This document shows, piece after piece, positions 51,119 to 61,611 of a stretch of 64,000 nt of DNA. The position numbers were made by a program, and so were the translations under genes. Within the stretch, counting starts at the first letter, position 1; each line of letters opens with the position of its first letter. A model generated the notes under the pieces. The model saw nothing but the letters and a program-made list of their open reading frames with translations. It ran no database searches and was not told the origin of the DNA. The stretch is from contig CAZKJZ010000001.1 in NCBI GenBank assembly GCA_964553145.1, positions 4,578-68,577 of the forward strand, written 5' to 3'. The stretch is from an uncultured Frigidibacter sp. Its GTDB lineage: Bacteria > Pseudomonadota > Alphaproteobacteria > Rhodobacterales > Rhodobacteraceae.

Positions 51119-52108
51119 TCACATTTCACCGGTGGAGGGCTGCGCAACCTCCACCACCCCCCTGACCCCGCCCCGTCTTTCCAACTGTACAACCAAATCC
51201 ACCGATCCTTCACAATAACGCTTCACGCCGTCGAAGCTCATACCCAATCCTGCCGCCAAAACCATGATCGCAAGCCGATCTATAGCCTTCCGCGCGGTGT
51301 CGGCATGGATAGTCGTCAACGTACCGCCATGCCCTGTGTTGATCGCCTCCAGAAACGTTCGGCTCTCCTCGCCGCGCAGTTCGCCCAAAATAATCCGGTC
51401 CGGCCGCATCCTCAGCGAAGCTTCAAGCAGCCGAGCTGGAGTCCTCTCCCCTTGACTGTTCCGGTCTGCCTTCAGCGCCACGACGTTCGCCTGCGACGGG
51501 AGCAGTTCATATGCGTCCTCGATGGTGACAAGCCTTTCGGCCGGATCCACCATCTCCAAGAGCGATCGCGCAAAGGTGGTCTTCCCCGTCGAGGTGCCGC
51601 CCGAAATCAGTACATTGAGCCGTTTGCGAACGCAGAGTCGCATGGCGGCCTCTATGGCACCATCCTCAGCCAGCTTCAGAACCTCCTTGCCCAGTTCGCG
51701 CCTGCGGTGATCGAGATCGACCAACGACCCATGCAGAAGTTCCGGCTTGAATGGTCTGTCGGCAACAACCTTTAACGGGCGGAGCGTGATTGCAATGCCG
51801 CCCTCGACGACTGGTGGCGCCACAACCTGCGCGCGGATCGCGCTGTCACCCCAAGTGATCTTGCCCGAGACGGTGGGCTTCTTTTCCGAAAACTGCACTC
51901 CGACGGAGGAGGCAATAGCTTGCCCGAGGTTCACCGATAGACCCCGGTCGATAACCAGATCTGCGACCCGCTCCATATGGTTGCCGCCTTTGCGCTCGAT
52001 CCAGACCTTGCCGTCAGGGTTGATGGCGATCTCGACCAAATCCTCGCGTTGCAGGATCGGCGCGAGGGAGGAAAGATAAGTTCCCAGGAATGACGGCTGC
52101 CCATCCAT
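51119..52108 (-). CDS. virB11: T4SS ATPase VirB11
   Basis: EIAIN, SGGTSTGKTT, IED..EL, LRMRPDRIILGELRG, NTGH.G..TIHA. Confidence 0.95.
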   Translation of the reverse strand: MDGQPSFLGTYLSSLAPILQREDLVEIAINPDGKVWIERKGGNHMERVADLVIDRGLSVNLGQAIASSVGVQFSEKKPTVSGKITWGDSAIRAQVVAPPVVEGGIAITLRPLKVVADRPFKPELLHGSLVDLDHRRRELGKEVLKLAEDGAIEAAMRLCVRKRLNVLISGGTSTGKTTFARSLLEMVDPAERLVTIEDAYELLPSQANVVALKADRNSQGERTPARLLEASLRMRPDRIILGELRGEESRTFLEAINTGHGGTLTTIHADTARKAIDRLAIMVLAAGLGMSFDGVKRYCEGSVDLVVQLERRGGVRGVVEVAQPSTGEM

Positions 52109-53454
52109 CACCAGATCTCCAGATCGCGGTCGACCATGACGGTGATGGCCGACCCAGGTGCAACAGAAATGATCGGTGGCAGGTTGATGTAGTCTTGGAC
52201 CACCGAGCCGGTGGCGGAACCCAAATCTTGCGCCACACTGGAGGCCGTGTCGGACGAGGTCTTGTCGGCATATTGCGCGGCTGCAATAGCCGGTGCTGCA
52301 CCCATCAGCGAAATCAGCGCCGCCGATCCGAAACGCTGGCCAAAGCGGCTGTTGACCTTGCCGCTGATACCGGAGCGGCCCTGGGCATCGCCGCCGAAGG
52401 CTTCCATTTTCACGGACTGTCCATCCGGGGTAACGAGACGGGTCCATGCGACCAGGATGCGACCCTGACCCAACGAGACATCGGAAGAGTATTCCCCGAA
52501 TAGACGCGAGCCTGCCGGAATCAGGACCTGCGACTGATCGAAAGACCAGACGGGCCGCGTCACGACGGCAGCGAGTTGTCCGGGCAGGCTCGAATCCACC
52601 GCATTCTCCAGCGTCGCTTCGATCATCGTGCCCTGCAGCACGGTGTTACCTGGGTTGGCGATGACCTGGGAAGCCTCGACGGCAGTTGCTTCGCGGCCCG
52701 ATTGCACGAAATCGCGCCCAGTTGCATCGCGCGAGCCGGATTTGCCGTCTTCCGGCGGTGGCATCAGAGCGCCATCGCTTTTCGCGGAGTCCTGGCCGTT
52801 GTCGAAGACGACGGAGGGCGAAGCAACCCGAGCGGCGAGTTGCTCTTCGTTTTTCGCCCGCCTGGCCGCGAGGTCGGCTGCCTGTTTGGCCGAGACTGCG
52901 TCTGCCGCAGAGCCTTGGGCCTTCAGTGCCGAAATTTGGCTGCCGAACTCGGCCTTCAGATCTTCGATCATCGCCTGATTTTGGGACTGGGCTTTCGACA
53001 GCGCCTCGGCCAGTTCCTTGGCACTGTCGTCCTTCTCGGACGCGGCCTTGGTCGCCAGATCGGCCAGCTGCTTTTGCAGCCGAGTGACTTCATCGCTCAG
53101 GGCCGCGTTTTTGGTCTCCAGCGCGTCCTTTTGGGTCGCCAACTGGCCTTCGATATCGGCAAAGCCGGGATCGTCCTTGGCTTTGCTGCCGGAAGCCGGT
53201 TCGATCACCCCAAACGCCGGGCCCTTGCCGTTGTCCTGGAATTCCTCGACACCCGAGGTTTCGACGGCGGGGATCGCCTTGTGCGCAGGCCATACAGTCC
53301 AGAGCGCGGCGACACTGGCTCCCGCCAGAAGGACGCCGAGGCCAATCCTGCGTTCGCGCGTCAACTTGGGCTTGGGGCGTTCGACATGGTATTCTGGCTC
53401 AGGCACGGGCGATGCCGCGAGCGGGGTATCAGGTGTCTGGGGTGCATCGGTCAT
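52108..53454 (-). CDS. virB10: T4SS VirB10/TrbI with long coiled-coil linker
   Basis: Single TM, QGT.I.A.LE, LPG, IPAGSRL.G.Y, R..VAW.R, D..G.SG, V.RDL. Confidence 0.93.
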   Translation of the reverse strand: MTDAPQTPDTPLAASPVPEPEYHVERPKPKLTRERRIGLGVLLAGASVAALWTVWPAHKAIPAVETSGVEEFQDNGKGPAFGVIEPASGSKAKDDPGFADIEGQLATQKDALETKNAALSDEVTRLQKQLADLATKAASEKDDSAKELAEALSKAQSQNQAMIEDLKAEFGSQISALKAQGSAADAVSAKQAADLAARRAKNEEQLAARVASPSVVFDNGQDSAKSDGALMPPPEDGKSGSRDATGRDFVQSGREATAVEASQVIANPGNTVLQGTMIEATLENAVDSSLPGQLAAVVTRPVWSFDQSQVLIPAGSRLFGEYSSDVSLGQGRILVAWTRLVTPDGQSVKMEAFGGDAQGRSGISGKVNSRFGQRFGSAALISLMGAAPAIAAAQYADKTSSDTASSVAQDLGSATGSVVQDYINLPPIISVAPGSAITVMVDRDLEIW

Positions 53455-53455
53455 T

Positions 53456-54196
53456 TCAGAACTCCCAAGCCTGCAGTCGCGCGATCTCGGCAGCGTCGAT
53501 GGTGACGCCGCCGTCCACGTGCTCGATGCAAAGCACCTGGGCACCGATCCGGATCGAGTATTCGGGCCGGATGCCTGGCACCCGGACCACGCTGCCATTT
53601 GTGCCCGAGTTCAGCGTGACCTCTCGCCCGGTGGCATCGACGCCAAAGACCGAGGGCCGGATGTCCGGCGGGAAGGCAAAGTAGGTCGCCTGTCCGTCGT
53701 TCCAGATGCGGACGGGCTTCAGACTCTTGTCACCCGACCAGGCATAGCCGATGTCGCGCGACGAGGCCGGCACTGGGGCGGATCGGGCCGGGCTTGTATC
53801 GGGATAGCGCAGGACCAGCCGATAGGTCGGATTGCGGGACCGGCCTTCGCTGATCGCGAGGGTGATGGTGCGCCGTCCGGTGTAGATGGTCATGTTGGTT
53901 TCCGCCCCGGCGATCTTGGGCTTCACCGAAACCGTGGTGCGGTTCGACAGCACTTCAACCTCGAAAGCCGCGCTGTCCCCCAAAAGCACGGAGTCGATAC
54001 GCTCCCCTGCCCCGAGTTCGATGGCGGTGTTGACGCGGAGCTGCGTGTCGAGGCGGATCACATCGACTGGGCTGTAGAAGACCGAGCGCACTCTTGCATC
54101 GGCACCCATGGAGGTGGGCGCCATTTCCGCAAAGCTAGGCGTTGCGGCGAGACCGATGCCGAGAAGAAGCCCGGAGAGGAGGAAGGGGTGTTTCAT
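53456..54196 (-). CDS. virB9: T4SS VirB9/TrbG
   Basis: DARVR...Y....V, GE.I....GD, VKP, TNM.I.T.RR, WNDG..TYF.F. Confidence 0.92.
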   Translation of the reverse strand: MKHPFLLSGLLLGIGLAATPSFAEMAPTSMGADARVRSVFYSPVDVIRLDTQLRVNTAIELGAGERIDSVLLGDSAAFEVEVLSNRTTVSVKPKIAGAETNMTIYTGRRTITLAISEGRSRNPTYRLVLRYPDTSPARSAPVPASSRDIGYAWSGDKSLKPVRIWNDGQATYFAFPPDIRPSVFGVDATGREVTLNSGTNGSVVRVPGIRPEYSIRIGAQVLCIEHVDGGVTIDAAEIARLQAWEF

Positions 54197-54206
54197 GGGT
54201 TGCAGC

Positions 54207-54866
54207 CTATTGACCATCGGGCAGAGTTTCGGGATCGACGCGGTAGGACGAGACGGTGAAGCCCAAGGGGTTTTCCCAGACATGGGCGAGGCTTCGCTCG
54301 GTCCGAGGCGCAAAGGCGAATTCCACCGTCGCGACGAAGGGCTGGGTCACAGGTTCCTGTTTCGCTTGGCGCAGGATCTTCACGAAGCGGACTTGGGCGA
54401 CATTCGGGCTAAGGAAGGTGATCCGGCGTACGGTCACGGATACCTCTGCCCCCGGCCCATAGACATCCGGCGGATAGGCCTTGTTGCCGCCTCCCTTGGA
54501 CCAGAGGAGCCGCAGGCTTTCTTCGGCGCTGTCGGTTGAGCGGCGCTGCACGCTTTCCAAACGCGCCTGGATACCCGGCAGGAAATAGCCCTCCCGATCG
54601 CCAACGTAGGCCACCAGCAGGCTCTGTTTCACCGCCTCCTGATCCTCGATCCCGCTCGGCCGGACCTCGACGATTTTTTCGGCATCGCCAGTCTGGCGGT
54701 CGACCATCACGGTGAAGACCTGGGTTTCTTTCAGCGGCAGAACCACCACCAATGCCGTGGCGAGCAGAAGGCTTAACGCCCCTGCTCCGCCGGCCACGAT
54801 CCAGGCCCGCCGGGCTGAAAGCCGCGGTTCGAGGACCAGATCGACATCAAATCCATGCGCCTCCAT
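54207..54866 (-). CDS. virB8: T4SS VirB8
   Basis: RAW.VA TM, LPLK, VDRQTG, YV..RE.Y, NPLGF.V..YR.D.E. Confidence 0.93.
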   Translation of the reverse strand: MEAHGFDVDLVLEPRLSARRAWIVAGGAGALSLLLATALVVVLPLKETQVFTVMVDRQTGDAEKIVEVRPSGIEDQEAVKQSLLVAYVGDREGYFLPGIQARLESVQRRSTDSAEESLRLLWSKGGGNKAYPPDVYGPGAEVSVTVRRITFLSPNVAQVRFVKILRQAKQEPVTQPFVATVEFAFAPRTERSLAHVWENPLGFTVSSYRVDPETLPDGQ

Positions 54867-54899
54867 CGGCGTTCCTTTCCTCTCGGGCACCCAGATGCC

Positions 54900-55919
54900 T
54901 CAACTCTTGTCGGGGGTGCGGCTTGCCAGCCGCATGGCCACCTGCACGGCCGAGCGGCCAATCTGGCCCGCGGCATGGCCGGTGAGCCGCGCATTCGAAG
55001 GACGACGTCCCCCAGCATCCACGTCTGCCGCGCCCCGCACCGCGCCGATCATCCCGGCAGCGCCCGAGCGGCCGTAGCCTGCCATGCTGCCGCCGGTGCG
55101 GAAGGTGGAGCTTGCCACACCACCGAGACCTGTCGCCGTCTGAGCCAGCGACTGGGCAATCGTCGGAACCATCGCCATGAGCCCGGTGCCGAGCATCGTC
55201 ACCACGACGAAGCTCAGCACATCGCCGATGTTCTCGACTGTGGTCAGATCGGACGGGGTCAGGTCCTCCGCGATGTGGATCGTGAAAGCCGCCATCGCGG
55301 CGGTCAGCATCGGATAGAGCGCGAAGCCGAGGGCAAGGTTCACCCAGCGATCGAAGAGCGGTGCCGTCACCTTGAAGAGCGTGCAGGCAATCGCAACCGG
55401 CCCGAAGATCACCAGAACCCCGATCATGATCTTGGCGGCGGCAATGACGATGATGGAAATCGTCGCCATCAGGGCCGCGACGAGGAACATGAGGAGGCCA
55501 GCCAAGGCCCCGGTGATATAGCTGCCGTTCTGGCTGATCGCCTGACCGACATCGAGTGCCTTGAGATAGAGGCTGTCGAGCCCATCATAGAGATTGCCCG
55601 ACGTGTCGCCGAAGGCGTTCATCACCACGGCCCCAAGCTCACTCGGAGCATTGGTCAGAGCGCCGTAGACCGCGTTGAAGTTGGTCCAGGACGAGAGAAA
55701 GGCCGAGGCGGCTCCGATCCGGACCATCACGCCCAGACCATTGCGCAGGGTCATCGGAACAGCCTGCGCCATCAGATTGACCCCGACCAACGCCACCACC
55801 AGCACCGACCCCACCCGAAACACCGGCACAACGGAGAGCGCCACGGCCCCGAAGGCCGTGGCACCGACAGATGCGGCGGCGGCATCGACCTGATTTAGTA
55901 TGTCTGCGATGATGGCCAT
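54900..55919 (-). CDS. virB6: T4SS VirB6/TrbL
   Basis: Polytopic membrane protein, GP..I...LF..T..LF..W, VP.IA..L. Confidence 0.9.
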   Translation of the reverse strand: MAIIADILNQVDAAAASVGATAFGAVALSVVPVFRVGSVLVVALVGVNLMAQAVPMTLRNGLGVMVRIGAASAFLSSWTNFNAVYGALTNAPSELGAVVMNAFGDTSGNLYDGLDSLYLKALDVGQAISQNGSYITGALAGLLMFLVAALMATISIIVIAAAKIMIGVLVIFGPVAIACTLFKVTAPLFDRWVNLALGFALYPMLTAAMAAFTIHIAEDLTPSDLTTVENIGDVLSFVVVTMLGTGLMAMVPTIAQSLAQTATGLGGVASSTFRTGGSMAGYGRSGAAGMIGAVRGAADVDAGGRRPSNARLTGHAAGQIGRSAVQVAMRLASRTPDKS

Positions 55920-55922
55920 GGA

Positions 55923-56423
55923 TCAATTTGCCCGGCAGCTTTGGGCCAGGTCGCGGTAGCGGGCCTCGACCTCGCGGCGATCCTGATCGCGGATCGCCTC
56001 CAGTGCCGGACGGTCGGCATCGGCCAATGCCGAAGAGGACTTGCCCATGGCACTAGTGACGAAGTCGCCGAAGCTGAAACCATCGAACATGCAGCCGCAG
56101 GACTGCGCCTCGATCTGCCGCGACATCGCGGTGCGAATATAGGCCTGCCGGGCGACGGCATGGAATTTCCAGTCCGTGATCCCTGTCGGCAGGTCCACTA
56201 CGTCCTTACAGGTGACACCCCCCTGCCCCGCGAAGAGCCCGACGCCGCGTCGCTGCATCTCGGTCAGAAGGCTCAGCGTCGCATCGGCATCCTGCGCTCG
56301 CACCGCTTCCCGGGTCTTCGCCAGAAGGTCCAGATCGCTGACCGTTGTCAGATCCTCGGCAAAAGTGAGGACCGGGAAGAGAAAGATGGCGGCGAGCGCC
56401 GCGCTGAGAATTGCGCCCCGCAT
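55923..56423 (-). CDS. Secreted hypothetical protein between virB5 and virB6
   Basis: Signal peptide, four Cys including CxC, translationally coupled to its neighbours. Confidence 0.7.
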   Translation of the reverse strand: MRGAILSAALAAIFLFPVLTFAEDLTTVSDLDLLAKTREAVRAQDADATLSLLTEMQRRGVGLFAGQGGVTCKDVVDLPTGITDWKFHAVARQAYIRTAMSRQIEAQSCGCMFDGFSFGDFVTSAMGKSSSALADADRPALEAIRDQDRREVEARYRDLAQSCRAN

Positions 56424-57217
56424 CAGTTCGCCCCCGAATAGTCGAAGAAGGTCTTTTCTTTGGCCTGCTCAGCGGCCCAGTTCACGCCGGACTGCCCGGC
56501 TGCGAGCCCCGCAGCGGCATTGAGGCGCCACATCTGGCCCAGCATGTAATTGGTCTCGGCCGCCATGCGGGTGTTGAGATCGACGCTGTCCTTCAGCGTC
56601 GCCTGATTGCCGATCTCGGCCACGAGGCCGTCGATCCGCGTCAGGCTCTCCCCCGCCTCGTCATAGGAAATCTGCGCCATGCCCATGGCCGTGGCACTTG
56701 CTGCAGCGGTCGCCGCTATGCCCTTATCCTGCGGGTTGGTGGAGGAGGAAAGCCGCGCCAGCTTTTCCGAGGTCAGTCCGGCATTGGCGAGCGTGTCCTG
56801 CATATAAGTTGCGGCCATCTTGTCACCCATCGTGACCTGGCCATCCAGCAGGTCATCCATCAGGCTGTTGAAGTCGCCTAGTTCCAGCGACTTGGTGAAA
56901 CCGCTGAGGTCCGTGATCTTTGCCGCCCTCGACCGCAGATCCTGGGCCGAATTGTAGAGACTGGCGATCTCGTTCAACCCGGAAATCGACCCCAGGATGC
57001 CCTTGAGGTTGGTGATCTGGTCGAGACCGTTCTGGACTTGCCTTTTCAGCTCCTCGATCTGGGCCACCTGGTTTTCGGCATCCTGCAGGGCAGCCTGCAA
57101 TTGCTCGATGTTTTTGGCGAGGTTGGTGCCGTCGATCACCGGCACGCCTTGGGCGAAGCTCTGCCCCGCAAGACCAAACACCATCAGGGCGGCCCCTGCC
57201 ACCAGATCAATTCGCAT
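56423..57217 (-). CDS. virB5: T4SS VirB5 minor pilin
   Basis: Signal peptide then QGVPVIDG, helical Gln-rich body, LK.S.DLN.R..AE. Confidence 0.88.
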   Translation of the reverse strand: MRIDLVAGAALMVFGLAGQSFAQGVPVIDGTNLAKNIEQLQAALQDAENQVAQIEELKRQVQNGLDQITNLKGILGSISGLNEIASLYNSAQDLRSRAAKITDLSGFTKSLELGDFNSLMDDLLDGQVTMGDKMAATYMQDTLANAGLTSEKLARLSSSTNPQDKGIAATAAASATAMGMAQISYDEAGESLTRIDGLVAEIGNQATLKDSVDLNTRMAAETNYMLGQMWRLNAAAGLAAGQSGVNWAAEQAKEKTFFDYSGAN

Positions 57218-58340
57218 GGGAATACCTCCAGAAATCCGTGTATTGCAGAGCCTCGGCCGCGTCCGAGAGGCCCTTGGCCGCTTCGACCTTCACCGCACCG
57301 GTGCGGAGCCGGAGGGTCAGACCCAGCAGCCGCGCGCGCTCGGCGAGCATGTAGGTGTTCTGATCGACCGCCTGTTTCGATGTCTCGGGCTTGGCCTCTG
57401 CGAGAAGCCCCGCGATCCGGGCCATCGCCGCCTCGATCTGGGCGCTGCCTTCGGTGGAATAGCCGACGAAGGCGGAAGACATGTTGCCCCATTCGGCGCT
57501 GGCACCTTCAACGCCATAAAGCGTACCGGTCACATCGGCCCCGGTGATCACCGCGAGATAGGCGTCATAGAAGCCAGAGATCCGACGGACGTAATTCTGG
57601 GTTTCTTCAAAGGGCGGGATGCCACCGAATTTCCGAACATTGCCGGGGCCGGCATTGTAGGCGGCGAGCGCCAGATCGACCCGGCCGAAGCTTTGCAGTT
57701 GCGTCGCCAGATACCGAGCGCCACCGTCGAGGTTCTGCTCGGGATCGCTCGGATCGACGCCAAGATCGGCAGCGGTGCCCGGCATCAGCTGGGTGAAGCC
57801 CAAGGCGCCAACCGGACTGACGGCCGCATTGTTGAAACCGCTCTCTTGCTTCACCAGGGACTGCAGCAGGATGCGCCAGGTCGTGGGGTTGAGACCTGCC
57901 GCCTGCACGCCGGGATGGTTGTCATAGCGGTGCGCCGTGGCGATGATCATCGCCTCGACCGTGGCGCCATCACCGAACAGGCGCTGCGCTTCGGGCGAGA
58001 TCTCCGCGACGGGATAGGTCTCATCGGCTGAGGGGAAGTCCACCCCGCCGGTCTCGAAGCCGGTGATATCTGTGGTGCCCGTCGCGTCGGCGAGGAATGC
58101 CTGATAGGCGGCAAGTTGCTCCGCCTCGATGTCAACTAGCTGTTTGTGGGTATCGAGCTTCTCGCCCTGCTTCACGGCATCCTGGGCCTGTTCCGCCAGA
58201 CGCGAGATCAGGTTCGACAGACGCTCGCCGTCGATGATCGGCACGCCCTGCGCGACGGCGAGGCCCGCAATGCCCGCTGAAGTCAGAAGGCCCAGAACGA
58301 AGGGAGAGAGCAGCGCCATGGAACAGTTCAGTCCGCGCAA
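57207..58340 (-). CDS. VirB5-like protein with internal lytic transglycosylase (SLT) domain
   Basis: QGVPIIDG N-terminus; [31 protein letters not shown]; C-terminal KQAVDQNT...AE. Start may be 58319. Confidence 0.85.
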   Translation of the reverse strand: MRGLNCSMALLSPFVLGLLTSAGIAGLAVAQGVPIIDGERLSNLISRLAEQAQDAVKQGEKLDTHKQLVDIEAEQLAAYQAFLADATGTTDITGFETGGVDFPSADETYPVAEISPEAQRLFGDGATVEAMIIATAHRYDNHPGVQAAGLNPTTWRILLQSLVKQESGFNNAAVSPVGALGFTQLMPGTAADLGVDPSDPEQNLDGGARYLATQLQSFGRVDLALAAYNAGPGNVRKFGGIPPFEETQNYVRRISGFYDAYLAVITGADVTGTLYGVEGASAEWGNMSSAFVGYSTEGSAQIEAAMARIAGLLAEAKPETSKQAVDQNTYMLAERARLLGLTLRLRTGAVKVEAAKGLSDAAEALQYTDFWRYSHAN

Positions 58341-58540
58341 CCGGAAATATCTGGCGCACTCATCGTGCTGACGACGATGCGCGATCCATCGCTTTGGGTT
58401 TTCGTCGCGAAATACGTGCCTTCGGCGCGGAACTGGCCGTGGCAGGGCGAGACAGCCCCGGTCTCGACACCATCGCAGGCGGAAAGGACGCAGAGCCCGA
58501 GCAGGAGAATAGCCGTGAGGATCGTCGTGGGCGGGGTCAT
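58328..58540 (-). CDS. Small lipoprotein (70 aa; VirB7-like or entry-exclusion candidate)
   Basis: Hydrophobic leader with LSAC lipobox; ATGA overlap with the virB4 stop. Confidence 0.7.
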   Translation of the reverse strand: MTPPTTILTAILLLGLCVLSACDGVETGAVSPCHGQFRAEGTYFATKTQSDGSRIVVSTMSAPDISGCAD

Positions 58541-60936
58541 TTCACATCCTTCCAGAAGTCGGGTTTTTCGCGCCAGGCGAAGGGCGCGCGGTCCTCGCCA
58601 CTGCGGCCGCCGCCGAGCACGGCGAGAAGCGGGCCGAGGGCCGCGAGGTCCATGTTGACGAAGACGGAATCCCCAGCCGATCGCAGGAGCGCGAGCCTGA
58701 GGCCGCCTGTCGGGGTACAAAGGAACTCGGCTTCCTTTTCGTTCAGCCGCAGGATTCGGTAATCTTCGGGATTGGCCCGCGGGTTCGGGTAGAGCAGTTG
58801 CGTGACCACGCTTTCCGCGATGATCTGGCCGACTTTGCTCTGCGTCAGGTGCGTCGGCGTCTGGGTCAGCATCATCACGGCGGCGTTCTTCTTCCGCATG
58901 GTGACGAGCCAGTCATGCAGGCGTTTCTCAAAAATCGGATCGTCGAGCATCTTCCAGGCCTCATCGATCACGATGAGCGTCGGGCGGCGGTCTTCGATCA
59001 CGCGCTCGATGCGGCGGAAGAGATAGGCCAGCAGCGCCGAGCGTTCTGTCCCGAGATCGAGGATCTCCGACATGTCGATGCCGACCACATCTTCGGCGAG
59101 GCTGATCTCGGAAGCCGCCCCGCGCCCAAAGAGCCAGCCGTAACGACCCCCCTGCCCCCATTCCCGGACACGCGAGACCAGATCGCCCTCGTCATCGGTC
59201 GAGGCGACCAAAGTGGCCAGCCCATCGAAAGTCCGAAGCCGCGGATCGGCCCCGACGATTTGCCTCACGGCGGCATTGAGGCTGACGGTCTGTGCCGTCT
59301 CAAAGCCACGCTGACCAGCGAGAATGTCGCCCAGCCAATCGGTGAGCCAGGCAGCGCCACGTTCGTCCACTTCGGTCTGGAACGGGTTCAGCCCTGTCGC
59401 TTCGCCGATCCGGATCGCGGAATAGCTGCCGCCCAAGGCGCGCACGGCCATTTCCAGGCCTCGATCCTTGTCGATGACGAGGATGCGAGCATGAACGCGC
59501 CGCGCTTGGGCCATCAGGAAGGCCGCGCCGAGGGTCTTTCCGGACCCAGTGCGGCCCAGTACCAGTGTGTGGCCGGCACTCGGCTCTTCGCCTCTCGTGC
59601 CCTTGTCGTGGAAATTGAAGCGGTAAAGGCTCGAGGTCACGGACGGCAGGCCGGTGATCACCTCGCCCCAGGGCGACTGCGTCCTCGGGCGGCCTTCTGC
59701 CACCCGGTGGAGTGCTGCCAGATGGGCGAAGTTCTGCGCTGAGAGGAGCGCCGTGCGTGGGCGATAGGCCCAGTTCCCCGGCGCTTGCGCAAACCAGGCC
59801 GCGCGGGCCGCGAAACTCTCGCGCACCAGCACCGCCCCGCAATCCTGTCCGGCGCGCCAAACTTCGGAGGCGGCCTCTTCCAGCTTTTCAGGGGTCTCGG
59901 CCGTGACCATCACGGTCAGGTGGTGCTTGCCAAAGACCTGGCGCCCCGAGGCCACATTGTCCGCCGCCTCATAAAGCTCCTGCCGCAGGGTCTCGGCCGC
60001 ATCTTCCGAGGCCCGCATTTGCCGCGCGGTGCGCTTGATGCGTTCTTCGATCTCGTTGTTCCGCGCCGGGGTGAAGCTGTTGGTGATCGTGATGTCGTAA
60101 GGAAGTTCCAACGCATCCAGCATCCGTGCCCAGGTCCGGGCCGGATAGCTTTTCACCCCGAAAATGGTGCCGAACCGCCGCGTGCCCGAGGTTTCGATCT
60201 CGACCTGCTTGCCCTTGAAGGTGAACTGGCTGTTGGTCAGGCCTTCCGCCAGGAACTGGCCCTTCATCGGCAGGGATTTGACCACCGGTTGCCCTATCAG
60301 CCCGCCCAGAAGGCCAAGCCATTCGCCCGACGACACCGTCAGTCGGCGGAAGCCCATGCCTTGCGCGACCCCGGCCAGAAGGCCCATGGCCTCATTCAGC
60401 CGTTCAGCCCGCGCGCCCATGTCATCGGCAAAGGCTGCTTTGAAGAGTGCGCCCATCAACGGCAGGCGCTTCAAAGCGGTCGGACGCAGGATGACCGAAA
60501 TCAGCAGCACACGGCGTTTCAGGTCGCGTGCCGCAAGATGGGCTTGCCAGCGTCGGTCGACAGCAGCGGCGAAATCCTCTCCGCCGCCAGCGGCACCCTT
60601 GGCGTCGAGATCGGCATCGAAGCCCTTGAACTGCGGCCAGTCAGGCAGGGTTAGTTTCGAGACATGGAAACCAAAGCCCTCGCCCAATTGCCCGATCAGC
60701 CGTGCGAGCGAGGCCGGGACCAGGGACAATTCGCCCTCGTCTACTGTGAAGCTGTCCAGGCCGTCCACAACAGCCGAGGCGATGAGATCGCCCTGCCGAG
60801 TTAGGATCAGGTTGTCGGCCGGAGCCGAGAGCCAGAGCAGATGCCGCGCAAGGGGTTCGGCGCCAAAGTCCTCGGCGCGAATTGCGGATTTCAGGGCCGG
60901 GCTGGCCGGAAACATGGACTTGATGTCAGCTGACAT
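58537..60936 (-). CDS. virB4: T4SS ATPase VirB4
   Basis: AQAPGN, FNFH, G.TGSGKT, DKDRG, GLNP, IDEAW, TMRKKN..TQ. Confidence 0.95.
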   Translation of the reverse strand: MSADIKSMFPASPALKSAIRAEDFGAEPLARHLLWLSAPADNLILTRQGDLIASAVVDGLDSFTVDEGELSLVPASLARLIGQLGEGFGFHVSKLTLPDWPQFKGFDADLDAKGAAGGGEDFAAAVDRRWQAHLAARDLKRRVLLISVILRPTALKRLPLMGALFKAAFADDMGARAERLNEAMGLLAGVAQGMGFRRLTVSSGEWLGLLGGLIGQPVVKSLPMKGQFLAEGLTNSQFTFKGKQVEIETSGTRRFGTIFGVKSYPARTWARMLDALELPYDITITNSFTPARNNEIEERIKRTARQMRASEDAAETLRQELYEAADNVASGRQVFGKHHLTVMVTAETPEKLEEAASEVWRAGQDCGAVLVRESFAARAAWFAQAPGNWAYRPRTALLSAQNFAHLAALHRVAEGRPRTQSPWGEVITGLPSVTSSLYRFNFHDKGTRGEEPSAGHTLVLGRTGSGKTLGAAFLMAQARRVHARILVIDKDRGLEMAVRALGGSYSAIRIGEATGLNPFQTEVDERGAAWLTDWLGDILAGQRGFETAQTVSLNAAVRQIVGADPRLRTFDGLATLVASTDDEGDLVSRVREWGQGGRYGWLFGRGAASEISLAEDVVGIDMSEILDLGTERSALLAYLFRRIERVIEDRRPTLIVIDEAWKMLDDPIFEKRLHDWLVTMRKKNAAVMMLTQTPTHLTQSKVGQIIAESVVTQLLYPNPRANPEDYRILRLNEKEAEFLCTPTGGLRLALLRSAGDSVFVNMDLAALGPLLAVLGGGRSGEDRAPFAWREKPDFWKDVK

Positions 60937-61201
60937 GTCTGTCGCCTCCGAAAGCCGGCCTGCCCCGCGTGCGCGGCGTGCGGGAGAAGACCACCGAGAC
61001 GACCTCAAACAGGTTCGGATTGCGATCCGCCACGAACCAAAGCACCGGATAGCCCACGACCCCAATCAGCAGGAACCGCCAGTTGTTGGCGCCCACGAAG
61101 GGGATCACCGTGGCCAGCATCAGGCTCACGAAATAGCCGATCGGCAGGCCGAAGATCTTCGGCGGCCGGGTGAGGCCGAGAAACAAAGGCGCGTCATTCA
61201 T
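60926..61201 (-). CDS. virB3: T4SS VirB3
   Basis: PLFLGLTRPPKIFGLP followed by TM segments. Confidence 0.92.
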   Translation of the reverse strand: MNDAPLFLGLTRPPKIFGLPIGYFVSLMLATVIPFVGANNWRFLLIGVVGYPVLWFVADRNPNLFEVVSVVFSRTPRTRGRPAFGGDRHVS

Positions 61202-61287
61202 GGGAGAATCCGGGGTTGGTCAGCGAAGGCCGGAAGGCGGGCCATGGGGACTAGAATTGTCCCGCCCCCCTGTGACGTGGCCCTGTT

Positions 61288-61611
61288 TTACGGGGCCGCG
61301 AAGCCGTCGATGATCGTGGCGGCCGAGAAGACCAGAACGACACCGAAGAAAATCGCGAGGAACAGGGGCCAGTTCAGCCGACCGGTGAACATCATGTAGC
61401 CCGCGGCCACCACGGCCAGGATGGCGATCAGCCGGCCGATCGGGCCGGTCAGCGCATCGACGACCGTTTGCAGCATGTTCTGGACCGGATCGAGGTCCTG
61501 CGCCAAGGCGGGTGCCGCGCAGACGAGGACGATCGGCAATGCGGCCAGCACTGCGCGCAACGACAGGCGCGGCAGCGAGGCTGCCGGGTAAAATCGGGAC
61601 ATGAACATCAC
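61288..61611 (-). CDS. virB2: T4SS pilin VirB2/TrbC
   Basis: Long leader ending PALAQ, LTGP.G..IA..AV...GY....GR, second TM. Confidence 0.92.
   Translation of the reverse strand: MMFMSRFYPAASLPRLSLRAVLAALPIVLVCAAPALAQDLDPVQNMLQTVVDALTGPIGRLIAILAVVAAGYMMFTGRLNWPLFLAIFFGVVLVFSAATIIDGFAAP

Noticed and set aside
5516-61399. Long antisense or overlapping ORFs (e.g. 5516-6640, 31337-32398, 46707-47912, 53018-54259, 60164-61399)
   Set aside because: Shadow ORFs of GC-rich genes with no motifs; the opposite strand carries clear family signatures.
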